In this document: piece by piece, positions 7,528 through 14,359 of the stretch
Layout: every line of letters begins with the position of its first letter
Position numbering within the stretch: position 1 is the first letter of the stretch
Assembly (NCBI GenBank): GCA_964573185.1
Contig: CAZNIQ010000009.1
Span: 5,640 to 24,632 of the forward strand
Origin: Candidatus Woesearchaeota archaeon
GTDB lineage: Archaea > Nanobdellota > Nanobdellia > Nanobdellales > CAZNIQ01
Reading direction: 5' to 3'
DNA: 18,993 nucleotides
Position numbers and translations under genes: made by a program
The notes under the pieces: generated by a model
The model's input: the letters and a program-made list of their open reading frames with translations, nothing else
Database searches by the model: none
Told to the model about the DNA's origin: nothing

Positions 7528-10500
7528 GGCCTCTATTGTTTTATTTCTTTTTACTCTTTTTACCTGTTGCTCTTTCCTGGTGGAATTACTCTTGGAAATA
7601 TAGAATTCCCATAACTATACAGGAGAATTCTGGAAATACTTTAACAGATTATCAGGTTCAATTAGTCATCGATACTGCATCTCTAATATCACAAGGGAAA
7701 TTAAGATCGGATTGTGGGGATTTAAGATTTACATATTTATATTCAAATGGAACAGAAGTTGAAATCCCTTACTGGATAGAATCAGGTTGTAACACTGCTA
7801 ATACTATTATATGGATAAAAGTTCCAGAAATTCCTGCTTCTGGAACAGCAACAGTTTATATGTATTATGGAAATCCTTCCGCAACCTCCGAGTCAAATAA
7901 ATCCCAAGTTTTTGTCCATTGGGTTGGAGACATAAATAAATACTGTTATATAACAACAACAGGCGCTCAATGTTCTGTTACATTTACTACGGCAGACTTA
8001 GGATATCCTGGATATATTTTTGTAGATGTTTATATGGATTTATTTTTAAGAGGAGATTTAGATTATGGTGGAGCTACTGCACAAGATGGAGTTTGTACGG
8101 ATTCCTATGAATGGGTTGTAATTTATAGAAATGGTATATGTGTTGGTACTTACTCTACAGGTTATCAGGATTGTACCTGGAGAAGACCAGCTAACTGGCC
8201 AAAATGGTTCTATCATGTAGATCAGGAAGCAATAGATTTAGGAATGACTGCAAACTTTGGACCGGAAGTCTCATTTAATCCAGGTGGTTGTTTTGGTTAT
8301 GGTGATGCTGATTTCCATATTTTAGAAGCTTATCTAAGAAAATACGTTTCTCCTGAACCTTCTTATACCTTAGGTCCAGAAGAATTAGTTTGTATACCTA
8401 TATTAACTTTAGAACAACCAGTAAATAATTCAGCTTTAGGATCAGATAACCTAAATATAAAAGTTTCCATTTCCCATCTAGGATATTGTTCTAAAAACTG
8501 GGAAGCCAATATAACTTTTCTTTCACCTATTTCAAAAACTTATTCTTTGACTTGTGATTCTTCTTCCTGTTATGGAACAATTGATCTAAACGAATTATTA
8601 TACAACGTGGGAATAGCTTCAGATTCCTTACCAATAGAATTTAAGGTAATAGTAAAGGATGTTAATACTGGGGCTACAAATGAAACCTATGGAATAGTTT
8701 ATGTAAGAACAAATCATAACGTTTATATAAGACAACCAACTCTTGGTTCAATAGTTTTAGGTTCAGGATTCATCATAAAAGCTCAAACCGATTCTGTTTT
8801 CAAAATAAAAGCATGTTATCCTAACTTACCACCAGGAGCAAAAGCAGAAAAAATAATAATTGACAATGAGACAAAAACATGTGAAATCTGGGTTGATCTT
8901 TCAAACTATTGTAGTACAAATATCATTTCATTTAACGTAACTATAGAAAACACTGTAGGAGTTAATTCAACTTCCTATACACAATCGCATTACATCTATG
9001 ACCCACAGATAATATTAAACATTGTCGAACCTTCAAATACGAACCTCTCGTTAAGATATCTTAAATTAAAAGTGGCTGTTAATAAATATCCCATAGCTGG
9101 AAAACTGGTTCCCACAACAAGGAAATTTAATGTTACTATTGGAGGAGTTAATTATACTTTATATGGAACGGAAGATGGGTATTTGATTTTAGAACTATAT
9201 CATAAGGGAAGTAATCCTGAATATGATATATATGGAAGAAGGATACCAAGTTTGTATGATCTTTTAGGACACTCTGATGGAAATATAACTTTAGAGATAT
9301 ATGGATTAGGAAGATGTGGCTATGCAAATGGAACTAAAATTATTGTTCATGTTCCAAAAACAATATTTGAGGTTAATTTCACTTCTCCAACTCCATCAGA
9401 CGGATCAATACTACAATATTTATTTATGGAAGTTCAAGGAAAAATTAATGAAAATATTTTAGCAGATCCGAAATGCGAATTATGGATTTCGAAGGATAAT
9501 GGATTCTCATGGATAAGATTGAAAGATTTGGATAATTGTTATGGATACATCGTAAATGATGAATTTGATTTGAATAATCTCTACTATGATGCTGTAAATG
9601 GATATTATGTATTAAAGTATAAAATAAAAATTGTTGATTTAAGATGGAATGAAACAAATGAAACTGGAGTAAGAACCATTTACATACCCTACAATGCTGA
9701 GCCAATACCTGTAGTAAATCCAAGAATGTCCTCCTATGATATCCAAGCTATATTAAATAAGGCATTGGAAAAAAGAAAACCTGCTATCTTGTTTGAATCA
9801 GGAGCATATAGAGTAAATCTGATTATTGATGCTGGTAATCAAAGTTTTAGACTTATAGGTGCAAATTCCGTCTTAGAGCCAAAAATTAGAGGATTACCTG
9901 TTATTACTGTAAAAAGTGGAAAAATATTGATAGACAGGATTCAGATTAAAAATTCAATATTTAATGTAAGAGTATTTAATGGAGAAGTAAACATAACAAA
10001 CTCTAAAATTATGGGTGGATTGTATGGAATTGAAATAATTAACGGTGTAATTAACCTTAAGAATAATGTTATTACCGGTAAAATTTCTGGAATAAAAGCA
10101 AAGTATTTGGAAGGTATTGTTGAAAATAATAAAATATATGGAAAAGTATGGGGATTGTATATCAAATCTGCTCACAACGTTGTAATAAAAAATAATAACA
10201 TAGTTAGTAGAGTGTATGGTATTAAAATTGACAGTGGTATCAACGTATTGCTATACAATAATACCATCAGAAGTGGCGTATTTGGTGTACAAATATTTGG
10301 AAGAAACGTATCTATAGATCATAACATAATTTCTGGAAAAGTATATGGGATTAGAAGTAGTGTGAGCAACATAACAAATGATATTATAATAGCACGGATT
10401 TTTGGAATTTATGTAAATGGTCCTGTAAATATTGAAAACACAACGGTGTATTCAAATATATTCGGATTTTATGGATATGGAAATATATCTAATTTAAGAA

Positions 10501-10826
10501 TCTATAACGCAAAGTTAGGTGTAAAACTAATCGAAAAAGGATATATAGATAATCTATATTTAGGAAGATCTAATTTGAACATAAACTATACGGGAAATCT
10601 CTTAGTAATGTATAGAAATCCGATAAGATCCCCAAGTGGTATGTTATTTACAGGAGGATCTGTTATGATACTTGGAAGAGGGAATTATAATATCACCTTC
10701 CTAAATGCTATACCACAATGCAAATTATACTACATTTACAAAGTGCTTGGTCTGCCAAAATTAATAGCAGAAGGTAAAAGCTTTAGTGGAAGTGGTAGTG
10801 GAATCTATGCTTTATATTGTATTTAA
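7515..10826 (+). CDS. Giant (1103 aa) secreted surface protein: signal peptide, DUF2341 (ConA/lectin-like) domain, repeated beta-sandwich modules, C-terminal parallel beta-helix (PbH1/NosD-like) repeats
   Basis: The N-terminus MHGIRPLLFYFFLLFLPVALS is hydrophobic. WKYRIPITIQE..LTDYQVQLVID..DCGDLRFTY..IPYWIES..IIWIKVPEIPASGTATVYMYYGNPSA matches the DUF2341 signature. About ten 20-23-aa repeats of the form NNxIxGxvyGIxI lie at nt 9940-10560. Many Cys residues and N-x-S/T sequons. GGAG at 7504-7507 lies upstream of the ATG. No C-terminal TM or sorting motif (ends GSGSGIYALYCI). Confidence 0.8.
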   Translation: MHGIRPLLFYFFLLFLPVALSWWNYSWKYRIPITIQENSGNTLTDYQVQLVIDTASLISQGKLRSDCGDLRFTYLYSNGTEVEIPYWIESGCNTANTIIWIKVPEIPASGTATVYMYYGNPSATSESNKSQVFVHWVGDINKYCYITTTGAQCSVTFTTADLGYPGYIFVDVYMDLFLRGDLDYGGATAQDGVCTDSYEWVVIYRNGICVGTYSTGYQDCTWRRPANWPKWFYHVDQEAIDLGMTANFGPEVSFNPGGCFGYGDADFHILEAYLRKYVSPEPSYTLGPEELVCIPILTLEQPVNNSALGSDNLNIKVSISHLGYCSKNWEANITFLSPISKTYSLTCDSSSCYGTIDLNELLYNVGIASDSLPIEFKVIVKDVNTGATNETYGIVYVRTNHNVYIRQPTLGSIVLGSGFIIKAQTDSVFKIKACYPNLPPGAKAEKIIIDNETKTCEIWVDLSNYCSTNIISFNVTIENTVGVNSTSYTQSHYIYDPQIILNIVEPSNTNLSLRYLKLKVAVNKYPIAGKLVPTTRKFNVTIGGVNYTLYGTEDGYLILELYHKGSNPEYDIYGRRIPSLYDLLGHSDGNITLEIYGLGRCGYANGTKIIVHVPKTIFEVNFTSPTPSDGSILQYLFMEVQGKINENILADPKCELWISKDNGFSWIRLKDLDNCYGYIVNDEFDLNNLYYDAVNGYYVLKYKIKIVDLRWNETNETGVRTIYIPYNAEPIPVVNPRMSSYDIQAILNKALEKRKPAILFESGAYRVNLIIDAGNQSFRLIGANSVLEPKIRGLPVITVKSGKILIDRIQIKNSIFNVRVFNGEVNITNSKIMGGLYGIEIINGVINLKNNVITGKISGIKAKYLEGIVENNKIYGKVWGLYIKSAHNVVIKNNNIVSRVYGIKIDSGINVLLYNNTIRSGVFGVQIFGRNVSIDHNIISGKVYGIRSSVSNITNDIIIARIFGIYVNGPVNIENTTVYSNIFGFYGYGNISNLRIYNAKLGVKLIEKGYIDNLYLGRSNLNINYTGNLLVMYRNPIRSPSGMLFTGGSVMILGRGNYNITFLNAIPQCKLYYIYKVLGLPKLIAEGKSFSGSGSGIYALYCI
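9940..10560 (+). repeat. Degenerate tandem coding repeats (60-66 nt period) encoding parallel beta-helix rungs
   Basis: Repeat starts read at about 9999, 10060, 10126, 10192, 10258, 10321, 10381 and 10441. They encode NSKIMGGLYGIEII, NNVITGKISGIKAK, NNKIYGKVWGLYIK, NNNIVSRVYGIKID, NNTIRSGVFGVQIF, HNIISGKVYGIRSS, DIIIARIFGIYVNG and NTTVYSNIFGFYGY. Confidence 0.6.
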
Positions 10827-10834
10827 CTTTTTTG
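10827..10834 (+). terminator. Oligo-T archaeal terminator after the giant gene
   Basis: The stop TAA at 10824-10826 is followed immediately by CTTTTTTG (T6 at 10828-10833). Confidence 0.4.
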
Positions 10835-10889
10835 ATTAACATTTTTGTTGAAAAAATCCTAAAATAGAAAGCTAAATATCATATTATTC

Positions 10890-11573
10890 ATGAGAAGAGC
10901 GCAGACAGGTGTTGGTTCTTTGCTGATCTTCTTAGCAACAATGGTAGTAGCAGTTTTAGCAGCAGTAGTATTTATTACAACAGCTAGCTCCTTGCAACAA
11001 AAGGCTTTCGCAGTAGGTTCTGAAGCAAAAGAAAGAGTAGCAGCAACAGTTGATGTAGAATCTATTACAGGATACAAAGGTGTTGGCGCTGTAAACTATG
11101 ATGGAAGAGTTGTAGATAGATATGTTGAAAATCTATCTGTTGTAATTAAATTGGCACCGGGTGCAGATCCTATAAAATTAGATGACGAAGCAACAACATT
11201 ACAAATATTAACACCCCATTGGCAAGCTTTAGCAATTAGATTAGGAGGATATGCTGTATCAAATGCTACAGGAGAAGTTTGGCCAACATTATATTATGCA
11301 GATTCAGCTTTAAACACCACACTAAAGAGTGTACAACCTGAAAGATTCTATGTATGGGTTAACCAATCTGTAAATAGAGATGGTATTTGGGAAGTATTGT
11401 CCCCTGGTGAATTATATACGTTAGTAATACCATTAAATAAGAATGCTGGACATGTAATACCAGAGGAAGAAGAAGTTACAGTAAAGTTCGTATCTAGAAC
11501 AGGAATGTCTACAATGATAAAGTTCAGAGCTCCAACGGTAATAAAGGACCCAATCGTCCCGCTATATCCTTAA
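10890..11573 (+). CDS. arlB: Archaellin paralog 2, 227 aa
   Basis: MRRAQTGVGSLLIFLATMVVAVLAAVVFI..LQQKAFAVGSEAKERVAATVDVESITG, then IKLAPGADPIKL, and C-terminal VKFVSRTGMSTMIKFRAPTV..IVPLYP. Has its own AT-rich upstream region and downstream T6 runs. Confidence 0.85.
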   Translation: MRRAQTGVGSLLIFLATMVVAVLAAVVFITTASSLQQKAFAVGSEAKERVAATVDVESITGYKGVGAVNYDGRVVDRYVENLSVVIKLAPGADPIKLDDEATTLQILTPHWQALAIRLGGYAVSNATGEVWPTLYYADSALNTTLKSVQPERFYVWVNQSVNRDGIWEVLSPGELYTLVIPLNKNAGHVIPEEEEVTVKFVSRTGMSTMIKFRAPTVIKDPIVPLYP

Positions 11574-11576
11574 ATT

Positions 11577-11611
11577 CTTTTTTAATCATTATTTTTTAAC
11601 AAAAGTTTTTT
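11577..11611 (+). terminator. Cluster of three T6 runs after arlB2
   Basis: T6 runs at 11578-11583, 11592-11597 and 11606-11611, between the arlB2 stop (11571-11573) and the arlB3 start (11636). Confidence 0.4.
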
Positions 11612-11635
11612 ATTATCGTTAAATAATTATTCTTT

Positions 11636-12478
11636 ATGAAAGCACAGTTCGGATTAACGACCCTTATTATCTTTATAGCATTGATTGCAACAGCAGCAAT
11701 AGCAGCAGGTGTTATCTTATATACAACAGGAGTTCTACAGCAAAGAGCTTTAACAGTTGGTGCAAAAGCTAGAGAAAGAGTAGCAACAGGATTGGAAGTA
11801 TTTCAAGTGAATGGATACCAATTTGACCCTAATACGCAAACATTTAATGATAAATTAGGAAAAGTAACAGTGATAGGATTATTAATGAGATTGGCACCAG
11901 GTTCTAAGCCAATAAACTTCAACGATCTTTCAGTATTATTTACAGACGAAAATGAATTTTATTCTGTAAATTTAAGGCCATTAAATAGAAATGGAAGTGT
12001 ATATCCTTTAGTAGTTATCGGAAAAATGGTTGGAGATAAAATATTAATAACAGGTTGCTTATATGATAAGGTAATATCAACATCACCAAATTGTACAATA
12101 GAAGCAAATGTGGGAGGTACGGCACAAAATTTGACACTAGGAGTAAATGTAACAGAGGCTTCCTTAGAGGATTGGATAAGATATATTTTAGCACATAAAG
12201 ATTGGATCAATCATTATTCTGGAATTGCTACTCAACTAAAAACAGCATTAGGACTTGTAGGATACAATATAAAGAATGAAAACGTATATTTAGAGGAAGG
12301 AGAAGTATATGAATTATTCATAACTTTACCGGGAGCGGAAGATCCTGCTGGAAATTCATTAGAACCAAACGAATATTATGAAATAAGAGTAGTTCCCAGA
12401 GAAGGTCAAGTAGTATACATAGAGCATACTGTTCCTTCTGTATTGCCTTATGCAAGAGTAACGTTATATCCAACTTAA
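11636..12478 (+). CDS. arlB: Archaellin paralog 3, 280 aa (largest variable middle domain)
   Basis: MKAQFGLTTLIIFIALIATAAIAAGVILYTTGVLQQRALTVGAKARERVATGLEVFQVNG, then MRLAPGSKPINF, and C-terminal IRVVPREGQVVYIEHTVPSV..VTLYPT. Confidence 0.85.
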   Translation: MKAQFGLTTLIIFIALIATAAIAAGVILYTTGVLQQRALTVGAKARERVATGLEVFQVNGYQFDPNTQTFNDKLGKVTVIGLLMRLAPGSKPINFNDLSVLFTDENEFYSVNLRPLNRNGSVYPLVVIGKMVGDKILITGCLYDKVISTSPNCTIEANVGGTAQNLTLGVNVTEASLEDWIRYILAHKDWINHYSGIATQLKTALGLVGYNIKNENVYLEEGEVYELFITLPGAEDPAGNSLEPNEYYEIRVVPREGQVVYIEHTVPSVLPYARVTLYPT

Positions 12479-12499
12479 TTTTTTAACTTTTCTTTTATC
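12479..12499 (+). terminator. Oligo-T tract after arlB3
   Basis: TTTTTTAACTTTTCTTTTA begins directly after the TAA at 12476-12478. It may also hold the tRNA-Thr promoter. Confidence 0.35.
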
Positions 12500-12512
12500 T
12501 TCATATTTAAAA

Positions 12513-12586
12513 GCCCCGGTAGCTCAGCCTGGTAGAGCGCCGGATTGGTAATCCGGAGGTCCCGGGTTCAAATCCCGGCCGGGGCT
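12513..12586 (+). tRNA. tRNA-Thr (anticodon GGU), intron-less, CCA not encoded
   Basis: Hand-folded cloverleaf. Acceptor GCCCCGG/CCGGGGC; D arm GCTC-AGCCTGGTA-GAGC. Anticodon arm CCGGA-TTGGTAA-TCCGG; variable loop AGGTC. T arm CCGGG-TTCAAAT-CCCGG; discriminator T. By hand count 50 of 74 nt are G+C. Confidence 0.95.
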
Positions 12587-12615
12587 TTCAAAAATATTTT
12601 CCTTAAAGAATTTCA

Positions 12616-13023
12616 ATGGAATGGGGCAAAAAGATAATATTTACATTTAAAGTATCGATAGGGTTAATTCTAACAGCTTTGATACTTCTAATAATTCTTA
12701 AGCTAATGTATTATATTGCTTCGTTAGTCTATCTTAACCCTCTGGAAAGATTTGAGCCTATCAATATTAAAAATATGCTTGGTGATATCCTTTTGGTTTT
12801 TGTTTTAATAGAATTGCTTAGAACTGTTTATATTTATATTACGCAGCAGGATGTCTATTTAAACGCTATATTTGAAGCGGCACTTGTTGCAGTACTGAGG
12901 AAAATAATTTTGGTAGAAGTAGAGAAGTTGGATCCATTATATATTATTTCATTAACCATTATACTTTTAGGTTTGTCATACGTTTATTTTAAAATGATGA
13001 AGGATCAACGAACAGAAGAATGA
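12616..13023 (+). CDS. Small four-TM membrane protein, PsiE (phosphate-starvation-inducible E)-like
   Basis: 135 aa. LLVFVLIELLRTVYIYI and EAALVAVLRKIILVE resemble the paired PsiE-family helices (compare E. coli PsiE YFLYFEFIALIVKYF and GITAIVRLIIVDH, recalled from memory). Confidence 0.5.
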   Translation: MEWGKKIIFTFKVSIGLILTALILLIILKLMYYIASLVYLNPLERFEPINIKNMLGDILLVFVLIELLRTVYIYITQQDVYLNAIFEAALVAVLRKIILVEVEKLDPLYIISLTIILLGLSYVYFKMMKDQRTEE

Positions 13024-13042
13024 AGATTTGCCTACCGACTGA
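12994..13042 (+). ncRNA. Candidate C/D-box sRNA 1 (overlaps the last 10 codons of the PsiE-like CDS)
   Basis: C box ATGATGA at 12994-13000, then a 12-nt guide aggatcaacgaa. D' CAGA at 13013-13016, then spacer agaa. C' TGAAGA at 13021-13026, then a 12-nt guide tttgcctaccga. D box CTGA at 13039-13042. Confidence 0.55.
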
Positions 13043-13090
13043 TGATGAGCATCGGATCTGCGGATTAGTGAAGAAGCTTCTCGTCTCTGA
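13042..13090 (+). ncRNA. Candidate C/D-box sRNA 2 (intergenic; 3' half antisense to the last codons of tgtA)
   Basis: C box ATGATGA at 13042-13048, then a 12-nt guide gcatcggatctg. D' CGGA at 13061-13064, then spacer ttag. C' TGAAGA at 13069-13074, then a 12-nt guide agcttctcgtct. D box CTGA at 13087-13090. Same spacing as sRNA 1, exactly 48 nt downstream. Confidence 0.6.
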
Positions 13091-14321
13091 TATTCTTTAA
13101 ATCCTTGAACGGATAAAGATATTCATAAATCAAATCATAATCTCTTGGATCCACTCTTTCTTTTAACCTTTCTAAAGCCCTTTTTATATCAGCTCTTAAT
13201 TCTAATAATTCTCCTTTATAAGTAATCCCCCATCTCTTTCTTATAGGATCTAATTTCTTTAACCATTCATAATATTTTTCCAAAACAAATTTAGTAGCCT
13301 CATAAACTTTATAATGGCTGTGAGCTTTCAGAAAAACCCATTCATATAGATATCCGTTATAAATAGCATCCTTTATTATTTCTATTTCTTTTTTAAGTAC
13401 CCAAAGATTGTGTGCTGCCAAAATTTTTATTCTTTCTCTTTCATCTAAAGAAAGCACTTCTTTTAAGTCATAGAACCCATAAGGAGTTTCAAACTCAAAA
13501 TATTTTAATTCTTCCAATCTCACTGTTCCAAAAGGAGTTAAAATTCTATTATCATAAGCGTATAAAGCATATGAGGCTGAATCGAAGATATCATTACCTA
13601 ATAAAACCGATAGCGGTAGAATTAAAGGGTGTCCTAAACCAAAGAGATGAACCGGTTTGTTTAAAGGTAAATTTATTCTAGCTTCCATAATAATCTCAAA
13701 AAGTTTTTTGAATTCATATTTAATCATATATGGAACTATAGTACCTGTAGCAAAAATATCTACATCTAACTTTGATATTTTAAAAGCAGCTTCTCTTCTT
13801 AGATCTATATATATTCCACCTTGAATAGCACCATTTATTAAACCATCATAATTTTTTTCCTTTTTGATTTCTAATCCCTCTTTAATTCTTTCTAAAGTTA
13901 TCTCCAAATCCCTTTTTGCCCGTTCATAAGAAGCATCTACATCGGTAGGTATATCTAGAACATTTATTATATCTGAATTAATTTTTATTTGGAACTTCAC
14001 TATAGTTTTATTATCTACCTCGATTTCTTTTTTATAATGAAGCATCTGATACGATCCTGAATCTGTTTCAATTACTCCATTAAAGTTTAAGAATTTATGG
14101 ATATCCTCTATTTGAAATTTATTTTTGTAAAGTATATAAGCATTAGTAATTATTGTGTTTATCTTAAATTTCTTTTCAATATCTTTTGGATGAATTATCA
14201 ATTTATTCGGATTAATTACCGGAAATAAAAAAGGTGTTTCTACTTTTTTGCCTCTAACATAAAGGATTCCTATCCTAGAAGCACTATCTCCTCGTTCCTT
14301 AATTTCAAACATTTTATACAT
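13065..14321 (-). CDS. tgtA: Archaeosine tRNA-guanine transglycosylase, catalytic (TIM-barrel) subunit only, no PUA region
   Basis: MFEIKERGDSASRIGIL..VETPFLFPV, then ETDSGSYQ, VHLFGLGHP, NDIFDSASYALYA and LAAHNLW, all TGT family motifs. At 418 aa it is too short for the C2/PUA domains. The likely true start is M4 at 14312, based on homolog N-termini and TATA spacing. Confidence 0.85.
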   Translation of the reverse strand: MYKMFEIKERGDSASRIGILYVRGKKVETPFLFPVINPNKLIIHPKDIEKKFKINTIITNAYILYKNKFQIEDIHKFLNFNGVIETDSGSYQMLHYKKEIEVDNKTIVKFQIKINSDIINVLDIPTDVDASYERAKRDLEITLERIKEGLEIKKEKNYDGLINGAIQGGIYIDLRREAAFKISKLDVDIFATGTIVPYMIKYEFKKLFEIIMEARINLPLNKPVHLFGLGHPLILPLSVLLGNDIFDSASYALYAYDNRILTPFGTVRLEELKYFEFETPYGFYDLKEVLSLDERERIKILAAHNLWVLKKEIEIIKDAIYNGYLYEWVFLKAHSHYKVYEATKFVLEKYYEWLKKLDPIRKRWGITYKGELLELRADIKRALERLKERVDPRDYDLIYEYLYPFKDLKNIRDEKLLH

Positions 14322-14330
14322 TTCACAAAA

Positions 14331-14345
14331 TTTATAGTTTTATAG
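14331..14345. promoter_or_regulatory. Two adjacent TATA-like boxes (TTTATAG, TTTTATAG) in the 38-bp tgtA/transporter divergent spacer
   Basis: TTTATAG at 14331-14337 lies at -29..-23 from the ATG at 14360. Its neighbour at 14338-14345 (CTATAAAA on the minus strand) lies at -33..-26 from the minus-strand ATG at 14312. Confidence 0.4.
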
Positions 14346-14359
14346 ATTACGAATAATTC

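Noticed and set aside
9445-10175. Three minus-strand ORFs (9445-9723, 9941-10165, 9954-10175)
   Set aside because: All lie antisense within the 1103-aa gene, and two overlap each other in different frames. Their low-complexity translations derive from the AT-rich beta-helix repeat region.
10859-12210. Minus-strand ORFs 10859-11077 and 11959-12210
   Set aside because: Both are antisense to the strongly supported archaellin genes arlB2 and arlB3. The first mirrors the Ala/Val-rich N-terminal helix codons.
13412-13681. 89-aa plus-strand ORF
   Set aside because: Antisense within tgtA, whose frame carries the conserved TGT motifs.
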